A stretch of 64,000 bases of DNA from Macrostomum lignano. Its lineage: Eukaryota. This document shows, one piece after another, positions 38,271 to 50,880 of this stretch. A program made the translations under genes and the position numbers. Positions within the stretch are counted from its first letter, which is position 1. The number at the start of each line of letters is the position of its first letter. The stretch covers positions 1 to 64,000 of the forward strand of contig NIVC01003176.1 of NCBI GenBank assembly GCA_002269645.1. Direction: 5' to 3'. Under the pieces are notes generated by a model. It did no database searches and was not told the DNA's origin. It was given only the letters and a program-made list of their open reading frames with translations.

Positions 38271-38534
38271 AAGTGTACACCTTTAGCCGTCTTTAAGCAG
38301 ACAGACAGATGAAGCAGTCCTCAAGCGAATTAATTAACCACTCAGAAGCTCAAAATGAAATAAGAACTCAGTTTCTTCTGCCTATGCAGAAGCTTGCATA
38401 TACGAGCGTGTATATTTGCAACTTGAATTTCTGCTTTTGTTATACCGGCTTACAAAATTTAATCATTAGAATCAAGTTTGTTTTGGGGTGGCACTTTGAG
38501 CAATTGTATACTTAATCAAATAAAATTTGCCCAA

Positions 38535-39909
38535 TCACTGCAAAGGCGGGCAGTCCTGGTGCAGGAAATTCCTCGGCTGGATGACACCCTTCTGTCGTTC
38601 CACGTCGCTAGCCAGGTGAGTGAGGGCTGCCTCAGCCACCTCGGGATCGGCCTCCTGGTTGAGGCTGTACAGGTACAGGTACAGCCGTTTCCAGGTGTCG
38701 AAATTCATTCGAGCCGGGCCGCCCTCCGGATCGGCTGTGAGCTGCTCGCAGATCAGCTTCATCGTGTCTGTCAGGTCGCCGCAGAGCGAGGAGCAAGCAA
38801 CAGAGAAGAACTTCAGCCATTCCACTTTGCCTGTGAAGTCGCCAACCTTTGTGTTGGGAAACGGATAGAGTGCATTTCATAGTTGGGCGCGGATCGGGAA
38901 GTAGCATTGTTGGATCTAGATATAATTATAATTGCGCCTGATTATCTAATTTGAATTGCGTCTGATTATCTAATTGGAATTTCGCCTGATTATCTAATTG
39001 AAATTGCGCCTGATTATCTAATTGGAATTGCGCCTGATTATCTAATTGGAATTGCGCCTGATTCTTTAATTAGCTCGTATATAATTGGCTTGATCAACTA
39101 CATGCAATTGGAATTGCGCCTGATTATCTAATTGGAATTGCGCCTGATTATCTAATTTGAATTGCGCTTGATTATCTAATTGGAATTGCGCCTGATTATT
39201 TAATTTGAATTTCGCCTGATTATCTAATTGAAATTGCGCCTGATTATCTAATTGGAATTGCGCTTTGGTATCGAATTGGAATTGCGCTTCGGTATCTAAT
39301 TATAATTGGCTTGATTAACTACACGTAGTTGGGATTGCGCTTTATTATCAAATTTTAATTGCACTTGGTAATTTAGTTGGACTTACGAATTTAATTGTGT
39401 AACATTAGTATTAGAGAAATGTGTCACCATCAATCAGGAATGTGCTTTTGTCTAGCAGGAAGGCTCAGTGTGAAAGAACTTAATTAATAATCTAAAAAGA
39501 ATGTATGGTGCATGGCTGAACTATCTAATCTAACAGAACCAACCTGCAGCAGCTCCTGAAGCCGCTCTGACGGCAGATTGATTGCCCGCCATTTTTCGGC
39601 AATTTCGTCCACCTCGACCTGCTTCTTCGGGCCCAGCTGTTTATTCAATACTCGCAACAGACCAGGCGTCAGTCCCGAGTCAGTCTTTTGGGTCGCCACC
39701 GCCATCTCAAGTCGCTCCTTCACTGGCGGCGTCTCGGCGTTGGCCATCGCTCGAAAATAGGCGGCAGACCACTGAAGCACATCCTGCGGCTGCGTGCGAA
39801 TGGCCGATTTGGTGTACTGCTTTAGCACGTCGGGTAGGCTGGGGGGAATCTGGATCTGCTCAGAGCAGTAGTACGGATCCTCTGGGTCTTCCTTTTTGTC
39901 GCGGGTCAT
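38535..39909 (-). CDS. ROPN1L: Ropporin-1-like (RIIa-domain, axonemal radial-spoke/AKAP-binding protein); 2 exons, ~225 aa
   Basis: Exons 39909-39544 and 38846-38535. YCSEQIQIPPSLPDVLKQYTKSAIRTQPQDVLQWSAAYF, ATQKTDSGLT.GLL, ICEQLTADPEGGPARM. Confidence 0.93.
38930..39360. repeat. 24-bp minisatellite in the ROPN1L intron
   Basis: Unit ATTGCGCCTGATTATCTAATTGGA. Confidence 0.93.
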
Positions 39910-40719
39910 ATTGACAGATTTTTTTGGCTGAAATAAAAACAATTATTACAGATATTATTACAGTATTAACAATATTACTACAGAGCTGGTATCCAGAGAG
40001 GTATTTCCAGTTCTATTTTAAGATAAAGGTCAATCTGAAGAGTGAAGATCCTGTTTCGCAAGGTTCCAAACGGATGAGGTTCCAGATGACGGTGAAAGAG
40101 TTTCTCTTTGGGCTTGCAGCGATCGAGGAGCCTACTTTGTGAGTATGCCCCATTTGCCATTAAAAATTGTAGTCAATTTCCAATTAAGCGAGGTGCTACA
40201 AAGTAATACCGTACCCTTAATTTCATTCAAATACTTAAGATACGAATAATTATAGCTGTCGAGCTTTAGTAGAATTTCGATTTATTGTCATGCTTACAAA
40301 TTGCAGCACATTATCCAAATTTCCTAATTCTGTTTCTGTATAAGAAATAGCCATACACATAACACATATAAACGAAAAACCAATGCAGTTGCAGTAAGTT
40401 AATTCATCTATTCGATGATTGCAACGAAAATTAGTCTATGAGAAAGCAGGCTCAACATAATAATTAAGCTTTTACCCTAAATATGTAAATAGAATCAACA
40501 ATCAACGAGTCTTTCAATTAAAAGCATAACTTGTTCTTAAGAAAATAACCTATAGCTTGAATTTTCAAGTGAGAAACGCATGAAATGAAATCAATATAAA
40601 TATAAGTTATTAAAAGCTTAAAACAGAAAAAGGTGCCTACTAAAACTGTTAGTTATTAAGCTTACCCTAGTTCGATTTAAAAAGCAAAATTTATGTTGTT
40701 CGTTATGTAAAGAAAGTAG

Positions 40720-41894
40720 CAGTGTTGGGCACTTCCGTTACCGAGTAACTTGTAAATGGTAACGCAAGTTACTTTTTCGTAAAGCGTTCCTTACGCAAGT
40801 TACTTTCCTATTTTGGTAACGGAGTAACGGTAAGTTACTCAAATTTCGGAAGTCCGTTACAGTTACTTTGCAACAATCGCAATATTTAAATTTAAAACTG
40901 ATATGCTTAGCTATTACGCCAGTTGTCACATTTTTAGCATTTTTCATTCTTAAATTCAAAACTAAGTGAATAATATCATACGGTATTACGCTGTAATTAA
41001 TAAAGAAATACTTGAAACATGTTTTTACTTTGTTATTTTCGGTAAAATATTTTTGCTTTTCGTTTTTAAGTTAATAAAAATATTTTGTTTAGTTCTTAGA
41101 AACAAACAACCAAAGAAAGAAATTCATCTGTAGTCTCCACAAATCCACTCAGTGATCGACGTAGCCAGGAATTTTAATTGGGGGGGGGGGCGGGTTGACC
41201 TGGCTGGCCATGCCTCATGCACCCGCCACGCCCAACCCCACCCCCCCCTGGTGGGGTGTCTTGCAGGTGGGGTGAAGTTGCCGCCCCAACGATTGTTAAG
41301 GCGGCCTCCCTGGCTACACCACTAAAGTCCACTGGCACTGCACTGCACTGCACAATAATTTAATATTAATGAATTGAAAAATAATTGAAAAAATTGAAAA
41401 AAATTTCAAATAATTGAAAATAAAAAGACTAGTAAAGCAGACTGTAGAGTGGAGTAAAGCCAGGTACTTATTACGAGCGATGTATTATCAAGGACAACTG
41501 AAGTTACGTTAAGTTGTCCTTGTGTATTATAACTTATAATGTTATTAAAAATTAAATTGCGTTTTGCCTTTAACGTTTCTGACCTTCAGCTTCTCTTCTT
41601 TTTACGGAAAGGGCCTAAAGTGATTAAAATTTAATACAGTTACTGAAATTAATTTTGTTGTATTTTTCCTTCTGGCTTTCGCGATCATTTGTGCTGTTCC
41701 AGCACATTTGCAATGTTAAAAAAGCAGAAAATTTTGTTTATAACATAGGTAACGGAAGTAAGTAACGGAAGTAACTTAAAAGTTACCGGGTTTTTGTTCA
41801 AAGTTACTAGGCTAACGTAAGTTACTTTTTAAAAAGTGGTAACTTAAGTTACAGTAACGCAAGTTACTTTTTTTGAGTAACTTGCCCAACACTG
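40720..41894. mobile_element. Non-autonomous hAT-type DNA transposon, 1175 bp
   Basis: TIRs CAGTGTTGGGCA / TGCCCAACACTG, perfect 8-bp TSD GAAAGTAG (40712-40719 and 41895-41902), subterminal GTAAC/GTTAC repeats. Confidence 0.93.
41150..41324. mobile_element. Small GC-rich MITE nested in the hAT element
   Basis: Ends CAGTG..CGTAGCCAGG / CCTGGCTACACCACTA; flanks AAATCCACT / AAGTCCACT (TSD with one mismatch). Confidence 0.7.
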
Positions 41895-43008
41895 GAAAGT
41901 AGTCAATGCTGTTAGTATTGGCGCTGTCGCATGCAAAAAAATCGAATTTAATACCAAAGTCGAAAAATTAGGTAACCAATGTTGCTATAATAGTGCATAA
42001 GTAAATATTATGTTTAATTTTTATTTAATAAACTTTTGCTTATTTTTTTGTAACTATATTACTATAGTACATGATTTTTGTGTCTTTGACAAAGGTTTTC
42101 TTATAATGCATATCTATGAACTCTAAAAAATAGGCGGTAAATCAAGCTTCTTTGATCTCAAGAATATTTTTATTGCACCAGCACCACGCAATACAAATCG
42201 AACTTATCCCAGCCTTCTTTCAATGTTTTAGCTTTAAGCAACAAGCAGCAGCTAAAATTATTGTAGAAATCTCATATAAACTTATAACCTTCGTATATTT
42301 GTAGTTCTCCACTTTTACACTATTGCATTGCTTAATGCTTTTTTATTGCTTGAAAACATGAAAACCTGAAATTTGTTGTGAATATTTTTACGTCACAGTT
42401 GTGTTGAAGTGTTGCAAAGAAAAACAACAAATAGTTCGAATGCTCTGTTATATAAAATGTGTCTGTCATTCTTTAATGCAACAATTGTATTAGAAATTTA
42501 GTTAAATTTGCAACCTTAACCTTAACATCTTAAAGATTACCAGTTGTGGCAATGTACCCATTATAAAGGGTAATGTTTTTTTATTACATAGGATTATCAT
42601 TAGCCATTAATGGTACAAACCCTGAATAATTTTCTGTGTTTTAATCTGTGCTTTAAAATGTGTTTATACTACATCAGATATTTTAGCATAAAGGATTATA
42701 CCAATGAACTCCTATTAGTATTAGTATGATAGCATCCAAAAACTTTTCTCAAGGAAAATTTATCAATGATAATTAAATATTATCATATTTAAAAAAAATT
42801 CTCTTTGAATGTCTTAATTTTTAGGCAGAGCAAATGTAGAGTTAAGATTTTTTAAAATTTAAGTGCATTATAATTTAAATTATAATAAATACAGTATTTT
42901 GTATCACAATTATTCCTGATCAAGTCATCACCTAAATCTACTTTCACAACACTTGCATTTAGACTATTAAGTGTCGCATCGAGTCGAGTTTCACTACTAA
43001 AAGTAGTC

Positions 43009-46000
43009 ATGACCAAGCGCAAGGCAGCAGCAACCGCAGCAGCAGCTGGGTTATCGCAGCCAACCCGAGCTAAAAGTGCTCGCACTGCGGCAGCTAACAA
43101 AGCATCGACTTCATCAAAATTGCCGCCGAATTTCGAATGGACTCAAGCTGGCGGATTAGCCAAGCCCGGCGTACCGCACATGTTCGTGCTGTCGTCTTCA
43201 ACCGCCGTAGCGGCGAAAAAGTGCGCCGTATTCGACATTGACTGGTGCCTCATCAAGCCCAAGTCTGGTGGAAAATGGCCAAAGAATGCCTCAGATTGGT
43301 GCTGGCTGTTTGACTCTGTGCCGGATAAGCTGAAGCAGTTGCACTCAGACGGCTATCGGCTGCTGTTCATCTCCAATCAGTCGGGCTTTGAGAAGGGCAC
43401 CACCAGTCCCAAAGAGATTATGCAGAAATGCGAATTGGTTATTAGCGAGCTGGGCGTGCCTGCTGATGTCATTCTGATTGGCTCAGTCAGTCATTTTCGT
43501 AAGCCCGACATTGGCGCCTGGGAGTTCTTCGTGAGGGACTGCAACGGCGGCGTTGAGGTGAGCGAATGCTAGTGTGGGACAGGGAGTGTGCAGGGAGTGT
43601 GTAGGGAGTGTCCCTGTCCCACACTCCCTGTCCCACACTCTCCCTGTCCCACACTCCCTGTCCCACACTCCCTGTCCTACACTCCCTGTCCCACACTCAC
43701 TGTCCCACACTCCCTGTCCCACACTCCCTGTCCTACACTCCCTGTCCTACACTCCCTGTCCCACACTCCCTGTCCCACACTCTCCCTGTCCCACACTCTC
43801 CCTGTCCCACACTCCCTGTCCCACACTCCCTGTCCCACACTCCCTGTCCTACACTCCCTGTCCCACACTCCCTGTCCCACACTCTCCCTGTCCCACACTC
43901 TCCCTGTCCCACACTCCCTGTCCCACACTCCCTGTCCCACACTCTCCCTGTCCCACACTCCCTGTCCCACACTCCCTGTCCCACACTCCCTGTCCCACAC
44001 TCCCTGTCCCACACTCCCTGTCCTACACTCCCTGTCCCACACTCCCTGTCCCACACTCTCCCTGTCCCACACTCTCCCTGTCCCACACTCCCTGTCCCAC
44101 ACTCTCCCTGTCCCACACTCCCTGTCCCACACTCTCCCTGTCCCACACTCCCTGTCCCACACTCCCTGTCCTACACTCCCTGTCCCACACTCCCTGTCCC
44201 ACACTCCCTGTCCCACACTCCCTGTCCTACACTCCCTGTCCTACACTCCCTGTCCCACACTCCCTGTCCCACACTCTCCCTGTCCCACACTCTCCCTGTC
44301 CCACACTCCCTGTCCCACACTCCCTGTCCCACACTCCCTGTCCTACACTCCCTGTCCCACACTCCCTGTCCCACACTCTCCCTGTCCCACACTCTCCCTG
44401 TCCCACACTCCCTGTCCCACACTCCCTGTCCCACACTCTCCCTGTCCCACACTCCCTGTCCCACACTCCCTGTCCCACACTCCCTGTCCCACACTCCCTG
44501 TCCCACACTCCCTGTCCTACACTCCCTGTCCCACACTCCCTGTCCCACACTCTCCCTGTCCCACACTCTCCCTGTCCCACACTCCCTGTCCCACACTCTC
44601 CCTGTCCCACACTCCCTGTCCCACACTCTCCCTGTCCCACACTCCCTGTCCCACACTCCCTGTCCTACACTCCCTGTCCTACACTCCCTGTCCCACACTC
44701 CCTGTCCCACACTCCCTGTCCTACACTCCCTGTCCTACACTCCCTGTCCCACACTCCCTGTCCCACACTCCCTGTCCTACACTCCGTCCTACACTCCCTG
44801 TCTACCGAGCAACCCCCTCTCTAAACTCGAACCCAACTCCCCCAGTTCGACAAGTCGTCCAGTTTCTTTGTCGGCGACGCGGCCGGCCGCCCAGCCAGCG
44901 GGTCGCACAAAAAGGATTTCTCCTGCTCCGACCGGATGTTCGCTGCCAACATCGGCCTGCCGTTCAGCACGCCGGAAGAATTCTTTCTAGACGAGCCGAA
45001 GTCCGAGTTCGATTGGGGCGCACCGAGTCCGCAGAGTTTGCTGGATGCGGCGGCGAGCTGCAGCCTACCGGGGGTGAGTCTGTTAATCCGGATTATCTCA
45101 ACATTAATAATGTCCCCGCCTGGAGTAACTCTAAATAAGAAATATCCCCACCTTGATTATCCCTAAATTAGAAACATCCCCACCTGGATTACCCCTACTT
45201 TAAAAATATCTCCACCTGGATTATCTCTCAATTACAAATATCCCCACCTGGATTATCCCTAAATTAAAAATATCCCCACCTCGATTATCTCTAAATTAGA
45301 AATATCCCCACCTGGATTATCCCTAAATTAAAAATATCTCCACCTGGATTATCTCTAAATTAGAAATATCCCCACCTGGATTATCCCTAAATTAGAAGTA
45401 TCCCCACCTGGATTATCTCTAAATTAGAAATATCCCCACCTGGATAATCTCTAAATTAGAAATATCCCCACCTGGATTATCTCTCAATTAGAAATATCCC
45501 CACCTGGATTATCCCTAAATTAGAAATATCTCCACCTGGATAATATCTCAATTAGAAATACCTCACCTGGATTATCTCTAAATTAGAAATATCCCCACCT
45601 GGATAATATCTAAATTAGAAATATCCCCACCTGGATTATCCCTAAATTAGAAATATCCCCATCTGGATTATCCCTAAATTAGAAATATCCCCACCTGGAT
45701 AATCTCTTAATTAGAAATACCCCACCTGGATTATCTCTAAATTAGAAATACCCCCACCTGGATTATCTGTAAATTAGAAATATCCCCACCTGGATTATCT
45801 CTAAATTAGAAATATCCCCACCTGGATTATCTCTAAATTAGAAATATCCCCACCTGGATTATATCTAAATTAGAAATATCCCCACCTGGATTATCTCTAA
45901 ATTAGCAATATCCCCACCTGGATTACCCCTACATAAATAATCGCCAATCTCCCCTACTCAATCAAGAACCTGTTGTCAAGCAAGCAACCGGAGCTGCTGC

Positions 46001-47220
46001 TGACCGTAGGCGCCCCAGCCTGCGGCAAGTCCAGTCTGGCTGAGCGCGTGTTCGTGGGCGAGCAGGGCTACTCCAGGGCCAACAGGGACCTGTTGAAAAC
46101 GCCGGCCGCATGCCTGAGACTGGCCGAGGAGGCGATTAAGAGCGGCAAGTCGGTCATTGTGGACAACACTAATCCGTCTAGGCAGGATCGGGCCCAGTAC
46201 CTGGAGCTGGCTAAGAGGCTTAAGGTGTGCGCACTGCTAATTATCTTAATGATCCTAACAAATTTTCCTAACTTTCCACGACGATTAGATCCCCAAATTA
46301 TCCCAACATATCCCAACGATTAGATCCCAAATAATCCCAAGGGTTAGATCCTAAATTATCCCAATTTCTACCAAATATTAAATCCTAAATTATCCCAACT
46401 TCTACCAAATATTAGATCCTAAATTATCCCAATTTCTACCAAATATTAAATCCTAAATTATCCCAACTTCTACCAAATATTAGATCCTAAATTATCCCAA
46501 TTTCTACCAAATATTAAATCCTAAATTATCCCAACTTCTACCAAATATTAGATCCTAAATTATCCCAATTTCTACCAAATATTAAATCCTAAATTATCCC
46601 AACTTCTACCAAATATTAGATCATAAATTATCCCAATTTCTACCAAACATCAGATACCAATTTCTTCTATAAGCACTGGTATTTAGATCCCAAATTATCC
46701 CAAATTCTTCTAAATATTAGATTCCGAAATATCTCAATTTCTCCCAAATATTTGATCCCAAATTATCCCAAATTCTTCTAAATATTAGATTCCGAAATAT
46801 CTCAATTTCTCCCAAATATTTGATCCCAAATTATCCCAATTTATCCCAAATATTAGATCACAAATTATCCCAAATTTCCCAGGACCAGATCCTAAATCAA
46901 TGAGCAGACAATGATAACCGATCAGGGATTCCTTCATCACGATAGTAACTGATTTATCCCAGGTGCCAGCCCGCTGCCTGCTAATGACAACAGACAAGGC
47001 CCTGGCCGAGCATCTGAACATGTTTCGCCAAAGCCAGACGGCCAGCAAAGTGCGCCGGGTGCCCCTGGTTGCCTACCGGATGTACTACAGCAAGTACTCA
47101 GAGCCCACTGTTGCCGAGGGCTTCTCAGAGATTGTCCGAGTTCCATTCGTCTACAAGCCCGAGCTGCTTAGCCAGAGAGACAGGAAGCTCATTTTGAACT
47201 GGACAACGGCTGGCCATTGA
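43009..47220 (+). CDS. PNKP: Polynucleotide kinase 3'-phosphatase; 4 exons, ~430 aa
   Basis: Exons 43009-43557, 44846-45073, 45967-46224, 46963-47220. FDIDWCLIKPKSG, ISNQSG, FRKPDIGAW, FFVGDAAGR, KDFSCSDRMFAANIGLPFSTPEEFF, P-loop GAPACGKS, VDNTNP, EPTVAEGFSEI. Confidence 0.95.
43611..44800. repeat. 14/16-bp minisatellite in PNKP intron 1
   Basis: Unit CCCACACT(CT)CCCTGT; explains the many PCPTL/GQGV ORFs. Confidence 0.97.
45085..45930. repeat. 32-bp minisatellite in PNKP intron 2
   Basis: Unit ATTAGAAATATCCCCACCTGGATTATCTCTAA. Confidence 0.96.
46260..46900. repeat. 34-bp minisatellite in PNKP intron 3
   Basis: Unit AAATTATCCCAATTTCTACCAAATATTAGATCCT. Confidence 0.93.
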
Positions 47221-47409
47221 GACAGACGCATAAAAGTACACTTTATGTACTTTTTACTGAATGAAAAAACATTGTTTCCCATAATCTTCAACGGAATTTT
47301 TACAATTATCCTCATATAACGTCATGGAATTATTTTTCATGATGTTTGCTTCACTTCACGTGACTTGGCCAGCAATAGATTCCCTTCTGTGATTGCAACT
47401 CGGTCTATG

Positions 47410-47680
47410 TAGGTCACGTGACTTTACTAATGCACAGTAGGTACCAACTGCGGCTGCAACTCTGGGTCACGTGACTTTACTAATGCACAGTAGGCACCCA
47501 CTGCGGCTGCAACTCTGGGTCACGTGACTTTACTATTGCACAGTAGGCACCAACTGCGGCTGCAACTCTGGGTCACGTGACTTTACTATTGCACAGTAGC
47601 CACGCACTGCAGCTGCAACTCTGGGTCACGTGACTGCTAATGCACAGTAAAGGGCACTCTGGGTCACGTGACTTTGCAAC
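47410..47680. repeat. 53-bp tandem repeat carrying six GTCACGTGAC palindromes
   Basis: Palindromes start at 47413, 47466, 47519, 47572, 47625 and 47663. Confidence 0.93.
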
Positions 47681-48169
47681 TGCAGCTCAGTAATTCAGTT
47701 CAACCATTTAATCAGCATTGAATTTCTATTTTTCCTCACGCAAAGCACAAAAACCCACAATCACTCCACTATACTACAACAAAACGTTTCATTCGATAAC
47801 AATTTTTAGTGTCATAAACTTTTATTGTCGCGAATTTTATGGTTTTACACCGTACGTAGATAGAGTTTTGCTGAAACTATTTTTTAAACTAGTTAACAAA
47901 CTACTAAAGAAAATATATATACTAATCAAAACTAAAATATTTATCTCCTTAAGCAGTTAACTTTTTCTGCAAAAAGCAAAATATTTACATATTTACATTG
48001 ATTTTCTTGGACCCAGTCAGAACTAACCCACTCGGAATCAACCTCATACACCTACATGTTTGATCTGTGACCCAATCTCTTAAAAAGACACCCTGACACT
48101 GACCCACTCGGACTCCCATCACGATGCTTTTGACCCTATTCTATCGACCAACTTGAACTTCATCCTCTC

Positions 48170-49170
48170 GACCTTCTTGACCCAGTCTGACCTCACCCTC
48201 TTGACCCACTCTGACCTCACCCTCTTGACCCACTCTGATCTCACCCTTTCGACCCACTCTGAACCACCCTCTTGACCCACTCTGACCTCACCCTCTTGAC
48301 CCACTCTGACCTCACCCTCTTGACCCACTCTGACCTCACCCTCTTGACCCACTCTGACATCACCCTCTTGACCCACTCTGACCTCACCCTTTCGACCCAC
48401 TCTGACCTCACCCTCTTGACCCACTCTGATCTCACCCTCTTGACCCACTCTGACCTCACCCTCTTGACCCACTCTGACATCACCCTCTTGACCCAGTCTG
48501 ACCTCACCCTCTTGACCCACTCTGACCTCACCCTCTTGACCCCACTCTGATCTCACCCTTTCGACCCACTCTGAACCACCCTCTTGACCCACTCTGACCT
48601 CACCCTCTTGACCCACTCTGACCTCACCCTCTTGACCCACTCTGACCTCACCCTTTCGACCCACTCTGACCTCACCCTCTTGACCCACTCTGACCTCACC
48701 CTCTTGACCCACTCTGACATCACCCTCTTGACCCACTCTGATATCACCCTCTTGACCCACTCTGACCTCACCCTCTTGACCCACTCTGACATCACCCTCT
48801 TGACCCACTCTGATATCACCCTCTTGACCCACTCTGACCTCACCCTCTTGACCCACTCTGACATCACCCTCTTGACCCACTCTGACATCACCCTCTTGAC
48901 CCACTCTGACCTCACCCTCTTGACCCACTCTGACCTCACCCTCTTGACCCACTCTGACCTCATCCTCTTGACCCACTCTGACCTCACCCTCTTGACCCAC
49001 TCTGACCTCATCCTCTTGACCCACTCTGACCTCACCCTCTTGACTCACTCTGACCTCACCCTCTTGACCCACTCTGATCTCACCCTCTTGACTCACTCTG
49101 ATCTCACCCTTTTGACCCACTCTGACGTCACCCTCTTGACCCACTCTGAACCACCCTCTTGACCTTCTTG
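48170..49170. repeat. 24-bp minisatellite
   Basis: Unit CTGACCTCACCCTCTTGACCCACT; explains the RVGQEGEV and THSDLTLL ORFs. Confidence 0.97.
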
Positions 49171-50074
49171 GACCCATTCTCTTGAGCAAACTAGACCCTA
49201 GCCTACTGATCCAATCCTACCCTATCCGCAGCAGGTAAATGTGAAGTTACCTGCTCACTGTTACATACGTCTGAATATGAGGAAAAAACCAACAGCAAAT
49301 ATATAAATTGCATTTTCTGTGCAGTTATTAATTATTAATTATGTACACTGGGGATTACACCTGATGTATTATTATACATTGTATATATTAATTAGGCAAC
49401 AGTTGTCGTTAAACAACAATTTTAATATTACTTACAGTAGCAAGAAGTCTCCAAACGGACAAAATGCGAAAAATCAGCTTTTGTATTATACTACTATAAA
49501 TAGCACCGAGAAAATAGTTTTGTAATAAATTTAAAAACAAAATTGAAAGTTTTAAATTGAAAGCAAGTGACCATTGCGGCGTAAGTGAATACGAGGTAAG
49601 AAAGAGCAAAATTTGTTTCAATTTTTGTGCGCGCGAATTCAAATCAAACTATAAGTTCTGCTGTCGAAACGTGACAGCAGATCAACAAATTGAATTTGAA
49701 TTAACAAACTAAATAAACAGTACATAGAATGACTAAAAATAGTAAATTGAAATGCGCATACTACTACTGACAAGTAAAATGCTAACCTTAGTTTATTAAA
49801 AATAAACAATTTGCACGAGATTTCGAGTTAAATTAAAAGTATACGATTGACAAAGTTAATAGAACAAAATCGCTAACTGATTAACTAACAAATAAAAAAG
49901 ACAAACCGACACAGGGCTTCAAGCTTTTAATCCGTCATTATACGACTAGGAAATAATGAGTTTATGAAAAAGACAAACTAATATATATAAAATATATGGC
50001 TGTAACAAACCAAATTTTACAAGAATGACAAAAAAGAAATAAATTTAAAAAATACACCAGAAAGTCAGTTACAA

Positions 50075-50280
50075 AGTGGGTCAGGTAGTCAATAGGTGAG
50101 TCAGCAAGTGAGCCAAGAAGTGAGTCAATTAGTGGGTCAGGTAATTAGTGAATAAGTAGGTCAAGTAGTCAATAAATGGGCCAGGTAGTGAGTCAATAAG
50201 TGGGCAAGGTAGTGAGTCAATAAGTGGGTCAGGTAGTGAGTCAATAAGTGGGTCAGGTAGTGTCAGAAGGTGGGTCAATG
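50075..50280. repeat. Degenerate 24-bp minisatellite
   Basis: GGGTCAGGTAGTGAGTCAATAAGT-type units. Confidence 0.8.
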
Positions 50281-50351
50281 TTAGGTTAGTAAGTAGGTCA
50301 GACAATGAATCCGTAACTAAATTTGGTTGTGCTTAATTGGGAAGTCTAACG

Positions 50352-50880
50352 AGCAGCACACAACTCAGTATTTGAGCAGCACTCAGCAGCACACAACTCA
50401 GTATTTGAGCAGCACTCAGCAGCACACAACTCAGTATTTGAGCAGCACTCAGCAGCACACAACTCAGTATTTGAGCAGCACTCAGCAGCACACAACTCAG
50501 TATTTGAGCAGCACTCAGCAGCACACAACTCAGTATTTGAGCAGCACTCAGCAGCACACAACTCAGTATTTGAGCAGCACTCAGCAGCACACAACTCAGT
50601 ATTTGAGCAGCACTCAGCAGCACACAACTCAATATTTGAGCAACACATTCAACTCAATATTTGAGCAACACATTCAACTCAATATTTGAGCAGCACATTC
50701 AACTCAATATTTGAGCAGCACATTCAACTCAATATTTGAGCAGCACATTAAACTCAATATTTGAGCAGCACATTCAACTCAATATTTGAGCAGCACATTC
50801 AACTCAATATTTGAGCAGCACACAACTCAATATTTGAGCAACACATTAAACTCAGTATTTGAGCAGCACATTCAACTCAG
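50352..50880. repeat. 30-bp and 25-bp minisatellites starting at the SLBP stop codon
   Basis: Units CAGCACACAACTCAGTATTTGAGCAGCACT and CAGCACATTCAACTCAATATTTGAG. Confidence 0.95.

Noticed and set aside
43574-45138. 416-516 aa Pro/His/Cys-rich ORFs
   Set aside because: 14-bp intronic minisatellite of PNKP.
48119-49189. 356-aa RVGQEGEV repeat ORF
   Set aside because: 24-bp repeat open in several frames, with no unique flanking coding sequence.
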